A stretch of DNA of 64,000 bases. Source: an uncultured bacterium (lineage in GTDB: Bacteria > Patescibacteriota > Minisyncoccia > UBA6257 > 2-01-FULL-56-20). The notes under the pieces are model-generated. The model was not told the DNA's origin, made no database searches, and saw only the letters and a list, made by a program, of their open reading frames with translations. The stretch is taken from the NCBI GenBank assembly GCA_963718515.1, contig OY970354.1, positions 502,808 through 566,807 on the forward strand, in the 5' to 3' direction. Shown here in pieces: positions 39,947 through 49,995 of this stretch. Each line of letters opens with the position of its first letter. Position 1 is the stretch's first letter. Made by a program: the position numbers and the translations under genes.

Positions 39947-41428
39947 CTATGCGGATTTCTTGATGGCCGTATCGATGCGCCGTAGAGATTCATCCTTACC
40001 GATCACCGCCATAATTTCCAATGGATCAGGGGACGTAGCCTGCCCCGAAAGTGCCACACGGAGAGGCCAGAGCACTATTCCCCTGCTCTTATCACCCACC
40101 ATGGTCGGCAATAACGCCGCGAGGGTGTCTTTGTTAAAATCTTCCGCAGGAACCTTATCGAGGATATTTTTTGTGTTCAATAAGATCAGTTCAACTTCTT
40201 TGAGCGTTGATGAATCCTTCCAGATCAAAAGCTTTACGTCATATTCCGGAACAGTAAAAAATAATCCGCTTAAGACGGCGAGCTCATCGAGCGTTTTCGC
40301 ACGGCCCACCTGCACGCCGATCGCGCGCTTCAACATATCGTTGTCTTTTACGATGATATTATTTTTTTCGAAGAATGACGCGGCAAGTGCGGCGAGTTTG
40401 TCGAGCGGCAGGAGCTTCATATGCTCGCGGTTCAACCAATCAAGTTTTTCCTCGTTGAATATCGCTCCAGCCTGCTGTACGCGCTCCAGATCGAACGCCG
40501 CAATGAGTTCTTCCATAGAAAAGATTTCCTTATCCCCCGTCGGATGCCATCCCATAAGCGCCAAAAAGTTGATCATCGCTTCCGGCAAATATCCCCGCTC
40601 GCGATAACTCACCAATGCGGTGTCCGAAAACCGTTTGGACATTTTGGTCCGGTCGGGATTGAGAATGAGTGGAATGTGGGCAAAGATAGGCTCGTTAAAT
40701 CCCAGCGCGCGATCCATAAGGATCTGCTTTGGAGTATTGGAAAGATGCTCTTCGCCGCGGATGACATGGCTGATCTTCATCAGCGCATCGTCGACCACGA
40801 CCGCAAAGTTATACAGCGGTGATTCAATATCTTTTGCGATGACCATATCGCCAAAGAGCGCCGCATCGAAGACGACCTTGCCGCGCACGAGATCTTTGAA
40901 CTCAACCTTTATCTCCGGCGTTTTAAATCTGATGACTTCAGGGTTTTTGCCTTCGGGCGGCGCGCTGAGATTTCGGCAATGGCCGTTATATTTTGGCGGC
41001 AATCCTTGCGCGAGCATCGACTGGCGCATGGCCTCGATGTCATCTTTCGAACAATAGCAATAATAGGCATCGCCGCTCGCAAGCAATTGTTCCAAATATT
41101 TTCTATAGATCGCGGTACGCTCGCTTTGGCGATACGGGCCATACTCACCTTTTTCGCCACCCAGTTCCAGCTGGTCACCATCGCCAATTGGTTGAGGGCC
41201 TTCGTCCCAGTCCAAACCTGCCCATGAAAGCCCTTTCAACAACTCATCCTCATATTTTTTTTCTGAGCGCTCTTTGTCCGTATCTTCAATACGAAGCACG
41301 AATGTGCCACCGTACTTCCGGGCAAACAACCAATTAAAAAGCGCCGACCGAATGCCGCCGATATGGATCGGCCCGGTAGGACTCGGCGCGAAGCGCACGC
41401 GGATAGACTTAGGCGCAAAAGCTTCCAT
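39947..41428 (-). CDS. gltX: glutamate--tRNA ligase
   Basis: 493 aa. Motifs RFAPSPTGPIHIGGIRSALFN (HIGH) and KMSKR. Confidence 0.9.
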   Translation of the reverse strand: MEAFAPKSIRVRFAPSPTGPIHIGGIRSALFNWLFARKYGGTFVLRIEDTDKERSEKKYEDELLKGLSWAGLDWDEGPQPIGDGDQLELGGEKGEYGPYRQSERTAIYRKYLEQLLASGDAYYCYCSKDDIEAMRQSMLAQGLPPKYNGHCRNLSAPPEGKNPEVIRFKTPEIKVEFKDLVRGKVVFDAALFGDMVIAKDIESPLYNFAVVVDDALMKISHVIRGEEHLSNTPKQILMDRALGFNEPIFAHIPLILNPDRTKMSKRFSDTALVSYRERGYLPEAMINFLALMGWHPTGDKEIFSMEELIAAFDLERVQQAGAIFNEEKLDWLNREHMKLLPLDKLAALAASFFEKNNIIVKDNDMLKRAIGVQVGRAKTLDELAVLSGLFFTVPEYDVKLLIWKDSSTLKEVELILLNTKNILDKVPAEDFNKDTLAALLPTMVGDKSRGIVLWPLRVALSGQATSPDPLEIMAVIGKDESLRRIDTAIKKSA

Positions 41429-41481
41429 TTCCCCTATTTTACTATAAAAATGGGCGGATTTCTAGGGTGTTATCTAGTCTC

Positions 41482-42651
41482 CTATTTGGTGCTGATTGCC
41501 ATCAGCCCTTCCGCGATCTTTTCCGCAGCGCCCGGAATGAAGAACGCGCTCGAGGCGGCGGTCATCTTTGCGCGAAAGTCGGTGTCGCCTAAAATTTGTT
41601 TGAGTTGGGTAAAGAAAATGCCGGGCAGAAGATTCGCCTCTTCTATGACGATCGCGGCGCCAGACTTGGCGAATTCGTAGGCGTCTACGCGTTGGTGATC
41701 GTTGGCGGATTCGGTGAGTGGAATGAGGATGGCCGGGAGGCCGAATGCCGCAAGCTCACACACGGAACTCCCGGAGCGCGCGACGACGAGGTCCGCGGCG
41801 GTGAGCGCGGTGACCATGTCATCGCCAAAGTATCCGACAGCAACGTAGCGATACGTTATTGGCGCGTTCGCGAGCGCGACCGAAGATAATTTTTGCACTT
41901 CTGTAAAGTTCGCCGCGCCGGTCTGATGTAGCACCGAGGTTTGGGTAACAAACTGCTGTAGATTGCCCAATATAAATTCATTGATGCGCTGTGCGCCTTG
42001 CGAGCCACCGAGGATGAGCGTGAGCGGCTGGGCCCTGTCGAATCCCATGATCTCCTTTGCCGCGTCTTTTGAGGTCCGCTCGCCGAGCAATTCGGTGCGT
42101 AGCGGCTGGCCACTTACTTCCACTTTTGCCCGGGCAAAGTACGCCGCCGCGCGCTCAAAACTTACGAATACTTTTGTGGCAAAGCGGCCGGAGGCAATAT
42201 TAGTAAGTCCCGGCTGGGCATCGGAATCATGGATCGCAATGGGGATGCGATAGAACCATGCGGCAACGACGACGGGCAAGGCTCCTGTCCCGCCTTTTGA
42301 AAACACAACGTCGGGCATGATGAAATAAAGCTTAAAAAGTGCTTGCAAAAATCCGATCACGAACTTTGGCGCATCCAAAAAGTTCTCCACGGAAAAATAG
42401 CGGCGCACCTTGCCGGACACGATCGGATGGACGGGAATACCACGATTGGAAAGTAAAACACTATATGCATCGTTCGGGCCAAGATATGCAAATTCTATGG
42501 GAGCTTTCAATTCCGCAAGTCGCTTCTCCAGTACTTCGGCAACGGCAAGCAGTGGATAGACGTGTCCCCCGCTCCCTCCGCCAGTGAAGACCACCCTGAA
42601 TTTTGTATCACTCATACCATTAGCTATATATTTAACTATACCGCGAAACAT
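41482..42651 (-). CDS. murG: undecaprenyldiphospho-muramoylpentapeptide beta-N-acetylglucosaminyltransferase
   Basis: Has FTGGGSGGHVYP and a C-terminal glycosyltransferase 28 domain. The likelier start is MSDTKF at 42615; the longest ORF starts at 42651. Confidence 0.85.
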   Translation of the reverse strand: MFRGIVKYIANGMSDTKFRVVFTGGGSGGHVYPLLAVAEVLEKRLAELKAPIEFAYLGPNDAYSVLLSNRGIPVHPIVSGKVRRYFSVENFLDAPKFVIGFLQALFKLYFIMPDVVFSKGGTGALPVVVAAWFYRIPIAIHDSDAQPGLTNIASGRFATKVFVSFERAAAYFARAKVEVSGQPLRTELLGERTSKDAAKEIMGFDRAQPLTLILGGSQGAQRINEFILGNLQQFVTQTSVLHQTGAANFTEVQKLSSVALANAPITYRYVAVGYFGDDMVTALTAADLVVARSGSSVCELAAFGLPAILIPLTESANDHQRVDAYEFAKSGAAIVIEEANLLPGIFFTQLKQILGDTDFRAKMTAASSAFFIPGAAEKIAEGLMAISTK

Positions 42652-43746
42652 TGAGGGCTATGCCGCTCATCGTGACGAATACCGCGAGCGCCGTACCGCC
42701 ATAGCTTACAAATGGCAATGGGACACCGGTGAGCGGAATGATCCCCGAGATCGATGCCATATTGACGAATGCCTGCAAGGCGATGACCGTGCCAAACCCG
42801 ATCAAGAGCAATCGCCCGAACTGGTCCCCCACCTTTCGCGCGAGCCAGAACATGCGGAATGTGACGATCGCGAAAAGTGCGACGAGTGCGCCGGCACCGA
42901 CGAATCCCAGCTCTTCCGCGACGACGGCAAATATAGAGTCATCGATCGGCGTCGGAAGGTAACTGCCTTTTGTGGCGGATTCGCCATACCCCACGCCGAA
43001 GAATCCACCCGACCCGATCGCGATCAGGGCCTGGTCGACCTGATAGTTTTGCCCCTGCGCATTCTGGCTTTGGTCAAGATATCCCAGAATGCGCGCACGG
43101 CGGTACGGCGTCACTGCGATCACGAGCGTTATCGCGACAAGCGCGATTGCGATGATTCCCAATACATATTTCCACGGGGCACCGCTCACGAAATACACGA
43201 TGAGACCCGAGCCCAAAAGGATCGCGACCGTACTCGTCGCCGGCTGAAGGATTAACAAAACGGCGATAAGTCCGGAAATGATCGCAAATGGCAAAAGTCC
43301 TGACTGAAAGTCGGTGGCGCGCTTGAACTTTGGATTCGAAAGCCATGCGGCGAGATACATAATATAGGTGAGTTTCATGAGTTCCGCGGGTTGGAAGCTC
43401 AGCGGCCCAAGCGAAGCCAGCGATTCGTGCTGTTCACAAGCGAACCGAGTGGCGTGAAGACGAGCACGAGCGCGATCAAACTTATAAGTAAAAGGATGAA
43501 TGCAATATTTTTGAATTTCTGATAGGGAATAAAATATCCCAATAAAAAACCCACGATACCGATAGAGAGTCCAAAAAGGATCTGATGCTCAAGATAATAA
43601 TAGCTGTTGTTGAACTGCGTCTTCCCCAAGTCGGAGGACGCCGAAGCGAGCATCGCAAGCCCGAACACCAAAAGTATGAAAAACGCTGCCATCAAAAAAT
43701 AATCAGGCTTACCGGCACTTGTCCTTCGTGAGGTCGTTGTGGCCAT
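42632..43746 (-). pseudogene. ftsW: SEDS family peptidoglycan polymerase FtsW/RodA, one frameshift as assembled
   Basis: The N-terminal 115 aa end in NRWLRLG. The protein continues as PLSFQPAELMKLTYIMYLAAWLS in the next frame. The shift is at the CCC run 43406-43408. Confidence 0.8.
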
Positions 43747-43763
43747 GATCAGTTGTTATATTT

Positions 43764-45296
43764 CTATCGTTTTGTTGGCCGTCGGCGTAGCGCATGTCCC
43801 GCGAATAGGGATTGAAATGCGGAATCTTTTTCCACCACTCTGCCATTCAGAACGGTGAATTTTGTCTCTGTTCCCTTAAAACATACAAGGTCGGCAATAT
43901 TCCCTTCTTTTATCTCTCCCCTGCCCGCGAGACCAAACTTTTTTGCGGGATCGATCGTGATCTTGCGGATCGCGTCCGCAAAAGGCATTGCGTTTTGTTC
44001 CTCCACGAGAGATAAAAATGCAGAAAACGTATTTTTATTACGTTCGGACGTTAAGCGCCCGTTGCCGATCACCGCATCATTGCCGATAATACTTGGCGCA
44101 TTGGAAGCGATGAGGCTTCGCGGTGACGCAATCGCACGGGCGATAAGCTCAACGTTAAGATTTCTATAGAGAATGCTTCCTCTCAGTTGGAGGGTATGCA
44201 TAAGACGCAATAACGCATCGTGCGCATCCTTAAATCCATAGATGTCTTTTATCTGCCTCAGCGATTTTCCCACAAAAAATTCATTCCCCGGTGCCTGTGC
44301 CACAATAAAATTATCTTCGTCGAGGCTGGGAATGTCTTTTTTTACTCGCTGGACCAACCACTCATCTGAGATATTGGCAAGCATGATATTGAGTCCGCCC
44401 GTCTGCACCCATTCTGGCAGAAAAGTGTAAATAGGAAGTAACATGCTGGCCGACGGATAAATATCAAAGCGCAGGTCTACGCTTGAGGGAAGTTCTTCGA
44501 TGAGCGCAAGCGCCTCTTTGTATTCTTCTTCCGCGCCCACGACCGGCACAAAATGGCTTATCAATCCCGAAACGCCGGTCTCTTTTACAAGCTTTATTGT
44601 TTCCTCGACCGATGCTTTGATACCAACGTTCATCTGCCGGAGGTGGGTCGCATATATGCCGTCATATTTCTTTACGATCTCGGCAAGCGTCCGCAATTCC
44701 GCGTACGGAGTTTTTCGCGCGTGCACATAGCCAAGTCCGGTTGAGAGTCCGAACGCGCCCTCCGCGAGCGAGGACTCAAGTGTCCGGCAAAAAACGCCGA
44801 GTTCGTTTTTGGTGAGCTCCCGAAGCGCTTCGCCAATGATAGCCCGACGCACCGTTGCGTGGCCCACAAGCGTCCCAAAATTCACTCCCACCGGATGCTG
44901 GTCAAGCACCGCGAGAAATTCTTTCATCGTGTGCCAATTGACGTTCACGTGATCCGTCACGCCCCACTTTTGTATGGATTCAAGGCTTCCGTACAACAAC
45001 GGCGCAAGCGAAGCACCGCACATCCCTCCAAAGATGGTCGTGACCCCTTGTCGGAGAAAATCTTCTTGGCTGGGATCATTGAACAACGTCAGGTAGTGAT
45101 CTGAGTCGGTATTGCTGTCTATAAAGCCCGGGCTCAGGTATGCACCCTGGCCATCGAGGATGATATCGGCTTTTTTATTGGAAAAACTTCCTATCGCGGA
45201 GATCTTATCGTTATTAACAAACACGTCGGATTTCTCGCCGAAGGCGCGAGCGCCGCCCACGATCTGTACATTCTTGATGAGCAATGTCATGTTCAT
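43764..45296 (-). CDS. amidohydrolase family protein (D-aminoacylase-like) with a degenerate metal motif
   Basis: 510 aa. It is D-aminoacylase-like throughout, but reads GFIDSNTDSDHY where I expect the usual GFID-H-x-H motif. Confidence 0.65.
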   Translation of the reverse strand: MNMTLLIKNVQIVGGARAFGEKSDVFVNNDKISAIGSFSNKKADIILDGQGAYLSPGFIDSNTDSDHYLTLFNDPSQEDFLRQGVTTIFGGMCGASLAPLLYGSLESIQKWGVTDHVNVNWHTMKEFLAVLDQHPVGVNFGTLVGHATVRRAIIGEALRELTKNELGVFCRTLESSLAEGAFGLSTGLGYVHARKTPYAELRTLAEIVKKYDGIYATHLRQMNVGIKASVEETIKLVKETGVSGLISHFVPVVGAEEEYKEALALIEELPSSVDLRFDIYPSASMLLPIYTFLPEWVQTGGLNIMLANISDEWLVQRVKKDIPSLDEDNFIVAQAPGNEFFVGKSLRQIKDIYGFKDAHDALLRLMHTLQLRGSILYRNLNVELIARAIASPRSLIASNAPSIIGNDAVIGNGRLTSERNKNTFSAFLSLVEEQNAMPFADAIRKITIDPAKKFGLAGRGEIKEGNIADLVCFKGTETKFTVLNGRVVEKDSAFQSLFAGHALRRRPTKR

Positions 45297-46189
45297 TTAT
45301 TATACAACAAAAAGTGCCCATGATCGGGAAAAATCCCTATTGTGCCGCTTTGCGCGGTGCCAAGAATGGTCACTTTCGTCGAAGATGCCAGGTTTTGGAT
45401 CATCGCCTTTGACGGAGCACTTGGGGTGTTCTTTATGCCAGGCGCAATGACCATGATGTTCGGGTCAACTGTTTTCAAAAAATCGCCTCCCGCGACGGTG
45501 TTCAACCCGGAAAGAGGAGCTTTTAGGATAGCGGCGCGGAGAGTGGCATGATTCGAGAGAAGAATATTCTCCACATTGGTGCCAACGTCGCTCGCAAGCA
45601 GTGCGCGGAACTCTTGTGTGATCACATACTGAACGATGGCCGCATCGCTCGGCTCTGCGCTACCCACAAAATATTTATTCGGCGAAATGATGTCTATCTC
45701 ATCACGGCCATAATGGATACTATCCCCCGCTCCGATCGTGATAAGCGGAATATGTTTGGCGTTAATCTGTAACACGAGCGCCTGCCAATCTCTCGTGTCA
45801 TTGCTATCATTCCGGCCATCATATAAAAATGCGCCGACGGCATCATGATCAAGTAGAGAAGTGTATCCATTATAATCACCCGACTGCGGATACGATATGA
45901 CGGCGAGGTCAATATACGAAGGCATGTCGCGCGAAGAGAATATTTTTTGCACCGCCTCTGCCGCTGTGCCGTCAGACCCAGCGTCCGTCATAATGGTCAC
46001 GCCATCCGGCAATATGGTCAGCACGGACTCTCCTTGAGAAACGGCTAAAAAATATATGCCAGGCGCGGCTGGACCGCCCGCAGTAGTAATGGAAAAAATG
46101 TCATACCAGAGCGTCCCATCGAGCGTGATCAAAGCAAGGAGAATGATAGCACTCCAGACATCAATAATTTTCTTGCGATGGCGTGGCAT
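45293..46189 (-). CDS. MBL-fold protein corresponding to the ComEC C-terminal domain
   Basis: 298 aa. One TM helix is followed by IYFLAVSQGESVLTILPDG...MTDAGS, which resembles the ComEC lactamase_B domain. Confidence 0.6.
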   Translation of the reverse strand: MPRHRKKIIDVWSAIILLALITLDGTLWYDIFSITTAGGPAAPGIYFLAVSQGESVLTILPDGVTIMTDAGSDGTAAEAVQKIFSSRDMPSYIDLAVISYPQSGDYNGYTSLLDHDAVGAFLYDGRNDSNDTRDWQALVLQINAKHIPLITIGAGDSIHYGRDEIDIISPNKYFVGSAEPSDAAIVQYVITQEFRALLASDVGTNVENILLSNHATLRAAILKAPLSGLNTVAGGDFLKTVDPNIMVIAPGIKNTPSAPSKAMIQNLASSTKVTILGTAQSGTIGIFPDHGHFLLYNK

Positions 46190-47579
46190 AGTAGTACGCG
46201 AAAATAAGGAGTGCGGCGTAATAGAGCACGATGACCTCGACGGAACCGAATATGGCGGGCGTCGGAATAACGAATCGGGAAAATAGGGCGATGATCCATA
46301 GTTCGTACCGCAGAAGCGTTTTTACGACCTGCACAATAAAAAGTGCCGCATATGACGAGATGGATCCAAGAACGATGATGCTTGCACCGCCCGCTAAGAG
46401 CAGTGGCCATGGGATCATGATAAATACGTTTGATATGAACGAGGTAAGTGAAAAACTTCCGAACGTACGCATCGTGATCGGGAGAATGGCAAGGTTGGTG
46501 GAAAGAGAGAGCAATGTGTGCTCCTTCCAATGGAGAACCCCTTTATCGCTCCAATGAAAAAGATTTTTGAGCGGCGGCCCGAGGTGATAGATGCCAAAAA
46601 AACTAAGAAATGAAAGCTGAAATGCGGCGTCGGTGAGGATCGTGGCATTCGCGAGGACCATTCCCATCGCGGCGAATGTGAGTGCGTTCCGAGCACTGAA
46701 TACCCTCCCCGAACCGCGGGCGATGAGCGCGAACGATCCCATGATCGCGGCGCGGATGGCAGAGATGCTCCCATCGGTCGCTATCACAAATAGTGAGATG
46801 GCGATCAATGTGATAAATACCATTATTTTGCGGGGAACACGATCCTTCAGTCCCGTCGTGAGCGCAAGCGAAATGATGGCGATCTTATATCCATACATCC
46901 CAACGATATATGAGGTTCCGGAAGCTTCCATCTGTGCTTTTAGCGTCGCGCTTAACGTGCTTGTCGTACCAATGACGATCCCGGCGAGGAGCGCGGCCTG
47001 GTCTGCCGAAAACATCCCATCAAATTTTTGAATAATAAAGTTTTTTGCAGCGATCAATGATTCTTCCAATCTTGAACCATCGTGCTCTGCGACCGTCCTT
47101 GTTTGCGGAAAAAACATCGTCGGGATCTCATCCCCATTTTTTTGCGCATCGATCGTTCCCTTTATCCATAAAAGTTCGCCGTAATGAAACTGGCTATGCG
47201 GTGACGCAAAAAGATCGATCATACCGGCGTAGGGGTGCTGTGCATTCACCTTTATCATCATAAAATCGCCAGCACTGTGCGGCTCATCCACGACGATCCC
47301 AAGGAAGGTGGCTTCCTTACCACTCGGAAGGTTCATGGAGGATGCCTGCCAAGAAATATATGCATGATAATAGCCGACGCCGATGGTGGCGGTGCACAAG
47401 AGAGATAAAATGAATTTACCCATGAATTGACCTCTGAAGAACAACAAAAATAAGACGCAACACACTACGGCGCTGGTGGCCAATAGATAACTATTCCAAC
47501 CGATATTGGCGGCAAAGACCCCAAAAAGAAAAGCTATGGCAACGCAGAAGGCCCAATCCCCTGTTGATATCCCTTTCAT
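46161..47579 (-). CDS. comEC: ComEC/Rec2 DNA internalisation channel (N-terminal OB plus competence domain)
   Basis: 472 aa, polytopic. The arrangement is DUF4131-like N-terminus then a competence domain. It overlaps the following MBL ORF by 29 nt. Confidence 0.7.
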   Translation of the reverse strand: MKGISTGDWAFCVAIAFLFGVFAANIGWNSYLLATSAVVCCVLFLLFFRGQFMGKFILSLLCTATIGVGYYHAYISWQASSMNLPSGKEATFLGIVVDEPHSAGDFMMIKVNAQHPYAGMIDLFASPHSQFHYGELLWIKGTIDAQKNGDEIPTMFFPQTRTVAEHDGSRLEESLIAAKNFIIQKFDGMFSADQAALLAGIVIGTTSTLSATLKAQMEASGTSYIVGMYGYKIAIISLALTTGLKDRVPRKIMVFITLIAISLFVIATDGSISAIRAAIMGSFALIARGSGRVFSARNALTFAAMGMVLANATILTDAAFQLSFLSFFGIYHLGPPLKNLFHWSDKGVLHWKEHTLLSLSTNLAILPITMRTFGSFSLTSFISNVFIMIPWPLLLAGGASIIVLGSISSYAALFIVQVVKTLLRYELWIIALFSRFVIPTPAIFGSVEVIVLYYAALLIFAYYYATPSQENY

Positions 47580-47613
47580 ATCGCCATAATAGCGAATGAG
47601 GGATTAAAAGAAG

Positions 47614-48282
47614 CTAAAAAGAAAGGAGTTTCTGTTTACTGTTTTTCTTCCGCCATTCAGCGACGCGCTTATGGTCGCCGGACAATAGAACGCCGGGCAC
47701 ATCCCATTTTTTTCCTTTTTTCGGAACGAAAGATTCGGGCCGGGTATACGTGGGGAATGAGCCATTGTGCTCCTCGAGTGATTCTTCTTTACCTAAAAAT
47801 CCGGGGATATGCCGGCTCACCGCTTCCATGAGCACGAGCGCTGGGATCTCTCCGCCGGAGAGCACAAAATCACCAATCGAGATCTCCTCGTCGGCAATAT
47901 GCTCCGCGACGCGCTCATCAACGCCTTCGTAGCGCCCGCAAATCAAAATAAGATCATCGTATTTTGCCAAACGCTGGGCGAGTTTGCCGTCCAATCGTTT
48001 TCCGCGGGTAGAAAAAAGTATTACCCGCGTTTTACGCATTTTTAATGCCGGGCTTTTTATTTTTTTTAATGCATCCCACACCGGCTGGACTTTGAGCACC
48101 ATCCCCGGGCCGCCACCAAACGGCCGATCGTCAACTTTTTTGTGCCGGTCTTTCGTAAAATTGCGAAGGTCATATGTGCGAACCGAGACAACCTTATTTT
48201 TTTGGGCGCGTTTAAAAAGCGACTCACCAAGATATGAATCGAACATGTCCGGAAATATGGTGACGACGTGAAAGCGCATCAC
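47614..48282 (-). CDS. trmD: tRNA (guanine37-N1)-methyltransferase
   Basis: Motifs VVTIFPDMF, RPFGGGPGMV, ICGRYEGVDERV and SIGDFVLSGGE. Confidence 0.9.
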   Translation of the reverse strand: MMRFHVVTIFPDMFDSYLGESLFKRAQKNKVVSVRTYDLRNFTKDRHKKVDDRPFGGGPGMVLKVQPVWDALKKIKSPALKMRKTRVILFSTRGKRLDGKLAQRLAKYDDLILICGRYEGVDERVAEHIADEEISIGDFVLSGGEIPALVLMEAVSRHIPGFLGKEESLEEHNGSFPTYTRPESFVPKKGKKWDVPGVLLSGDHKRVAEWRKKNSKQKLLSF

Positions 48283-49980
48283 ACCTCGTCTGGGGATTTT
48301 TCCGCCTGCTGTTTGAGCGATTCATTGATGGAACGGCGCAGTTCATTGATATCCACCTTTGGGCGGATGAATTGCTTTGACGTGGAGGCCGGCGCAGGAG
48401 CAGAGACCGGGGCGGCGGGAGATGTGGAAGTGACAGCCACAGGCGCTGTCTCGCGCGGCGCTTCTTTTGTGGCGCCCGCCGAATCCGCTGCTATTGGAGC
48501 GCGAGCTGGGAAGCCGGTGGATGCCGTATGCGGCCGCGACGTTGGCGGTGTGGGCGCTGCCGGGCGCGTTGCGGAATATGGCCGGGCAGTGCGTGGTGCG
48601 TCCGGGCGTAAAACCTGTGAAAGCGATTTCTCATCGCGCCGGCCGATCTTTTCGTTAATGGCCATATCACTGTTCGTCTGCCATTCGCTCGCGATTTTTT
48701 CCTCCACCATTTTGCGTGGCACCGCATAATGTTGGCGTGTGTTCTTTATAATAATATCCTTATAAGAGACGAGCGGTTCGGTGTGTGGTGGAAGTGTCGT
48801 CGCCGAAAACGGTTTGGATGAGACACCATCGATCATAAGCTTGATATAGATATTGGCCTTCGCCAAATTCACCAGATCGTTCTGCAAAAATTCCGGCATA
48901 AATTCTTTTTCGAGAAATTCTCCGTCGGCCGCACCCACGCGGAATGTGATGATCGTGCCCACGTTGCCAAAGACCGCATCACGGACTTTGGTGTTGCCAT
49001 CGTTCGTGACGAGCTGGCCGATGTATTGGTGCGCAAGCGTGAGACTCAAGTGGTATTTGCGAGCCTCGGAAAGGATGCTCGCAAAGGAATCTGTCGCAAA
49101 GTTTTGGAACTCGTCCACATACATGAAGAAGTCGCGGCGCTTATCCTCCGGAATATCCACGCGCGACATCGCCGCGAGCTGGAGCCGCGAGATGATCATC
49201 GCACCAAGCAGGGCGGAGTTATCTTCCCCCATTTTTCCCTTGGAAAGGTTCACGATGAAAATTTTCCCCGTGTCCATGATCTCGCGCATATTGATCGTCG
49301 AGCGAGACTTGGCCCAGAATATTGCGGATCAATGGATTCGATACGAACTGCCCTACTTTGTTTTGAATGGCGGCGAGCGCTTCCGTTTCGAGCTTTTGGC
49401 TGTAACGTGCGAACTCGTTCTGCCAGAACGCTTTAATGACCGGGTCTTGCAGATTATCCACGATCTTTTTACGGTACGGCGGCTCGGCAAACATCCTCAA
49501 AACACCCAACAGGGTCGAGTTAGGAAATTCAAGCAGGGCGAGAAGCGTGTTGTTTAAAATATATTCCATACGCGCGGACCACGCGTCCACCCAGATCTTT
49601 TTGAAAACGCCCATGATGCCTGACGCGACAAGATGGCGGAACTCGTTTCCCACCTGTTCCATCGGATTGAACGCGATCGGATATTCCATGTCGGATGGAT
49701 CGAAATAGATCACGTCATCCAAGCGCTCCTCGGGAATAAAATCCAAAAGTTTCTCTGCGGACTCGCCGTGCGGATCGATGAACGCGATGCCTTTGCCCGC
49801 CTCAATGTCCGCGATCGCCATATTTTCAAGCAGGGTGCTTTTTCCCACACCGGTCTTTCCGACAACGTAGACATGACGCCGGCGATCGTCCACTTTGACG
49901 CCAAACTTCTGATCGCTGTTGCCGCGATAATTATGGTATCCGATCGGCGTGATATCTTGTGGTGATTTTCCGTTTGCCAT
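48279..49980 (-). pseudogene. VirD4/TraD-like type IV coupling-protein ATPase, one frameshift as assembled
   Basis: Walker A VVGKTGVGKST, then FIDPHGE and LTLAHQYIGQL. The frame changes at the CCC run 49313-49315 (NILG / AKSRSTINMREIMDTGKIFIVNLSKG). It has a P/A-rich C-terminal tail. Confidence 0.7.
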
Positions 49981-49995
49981 ATGTTAATTATCCCC

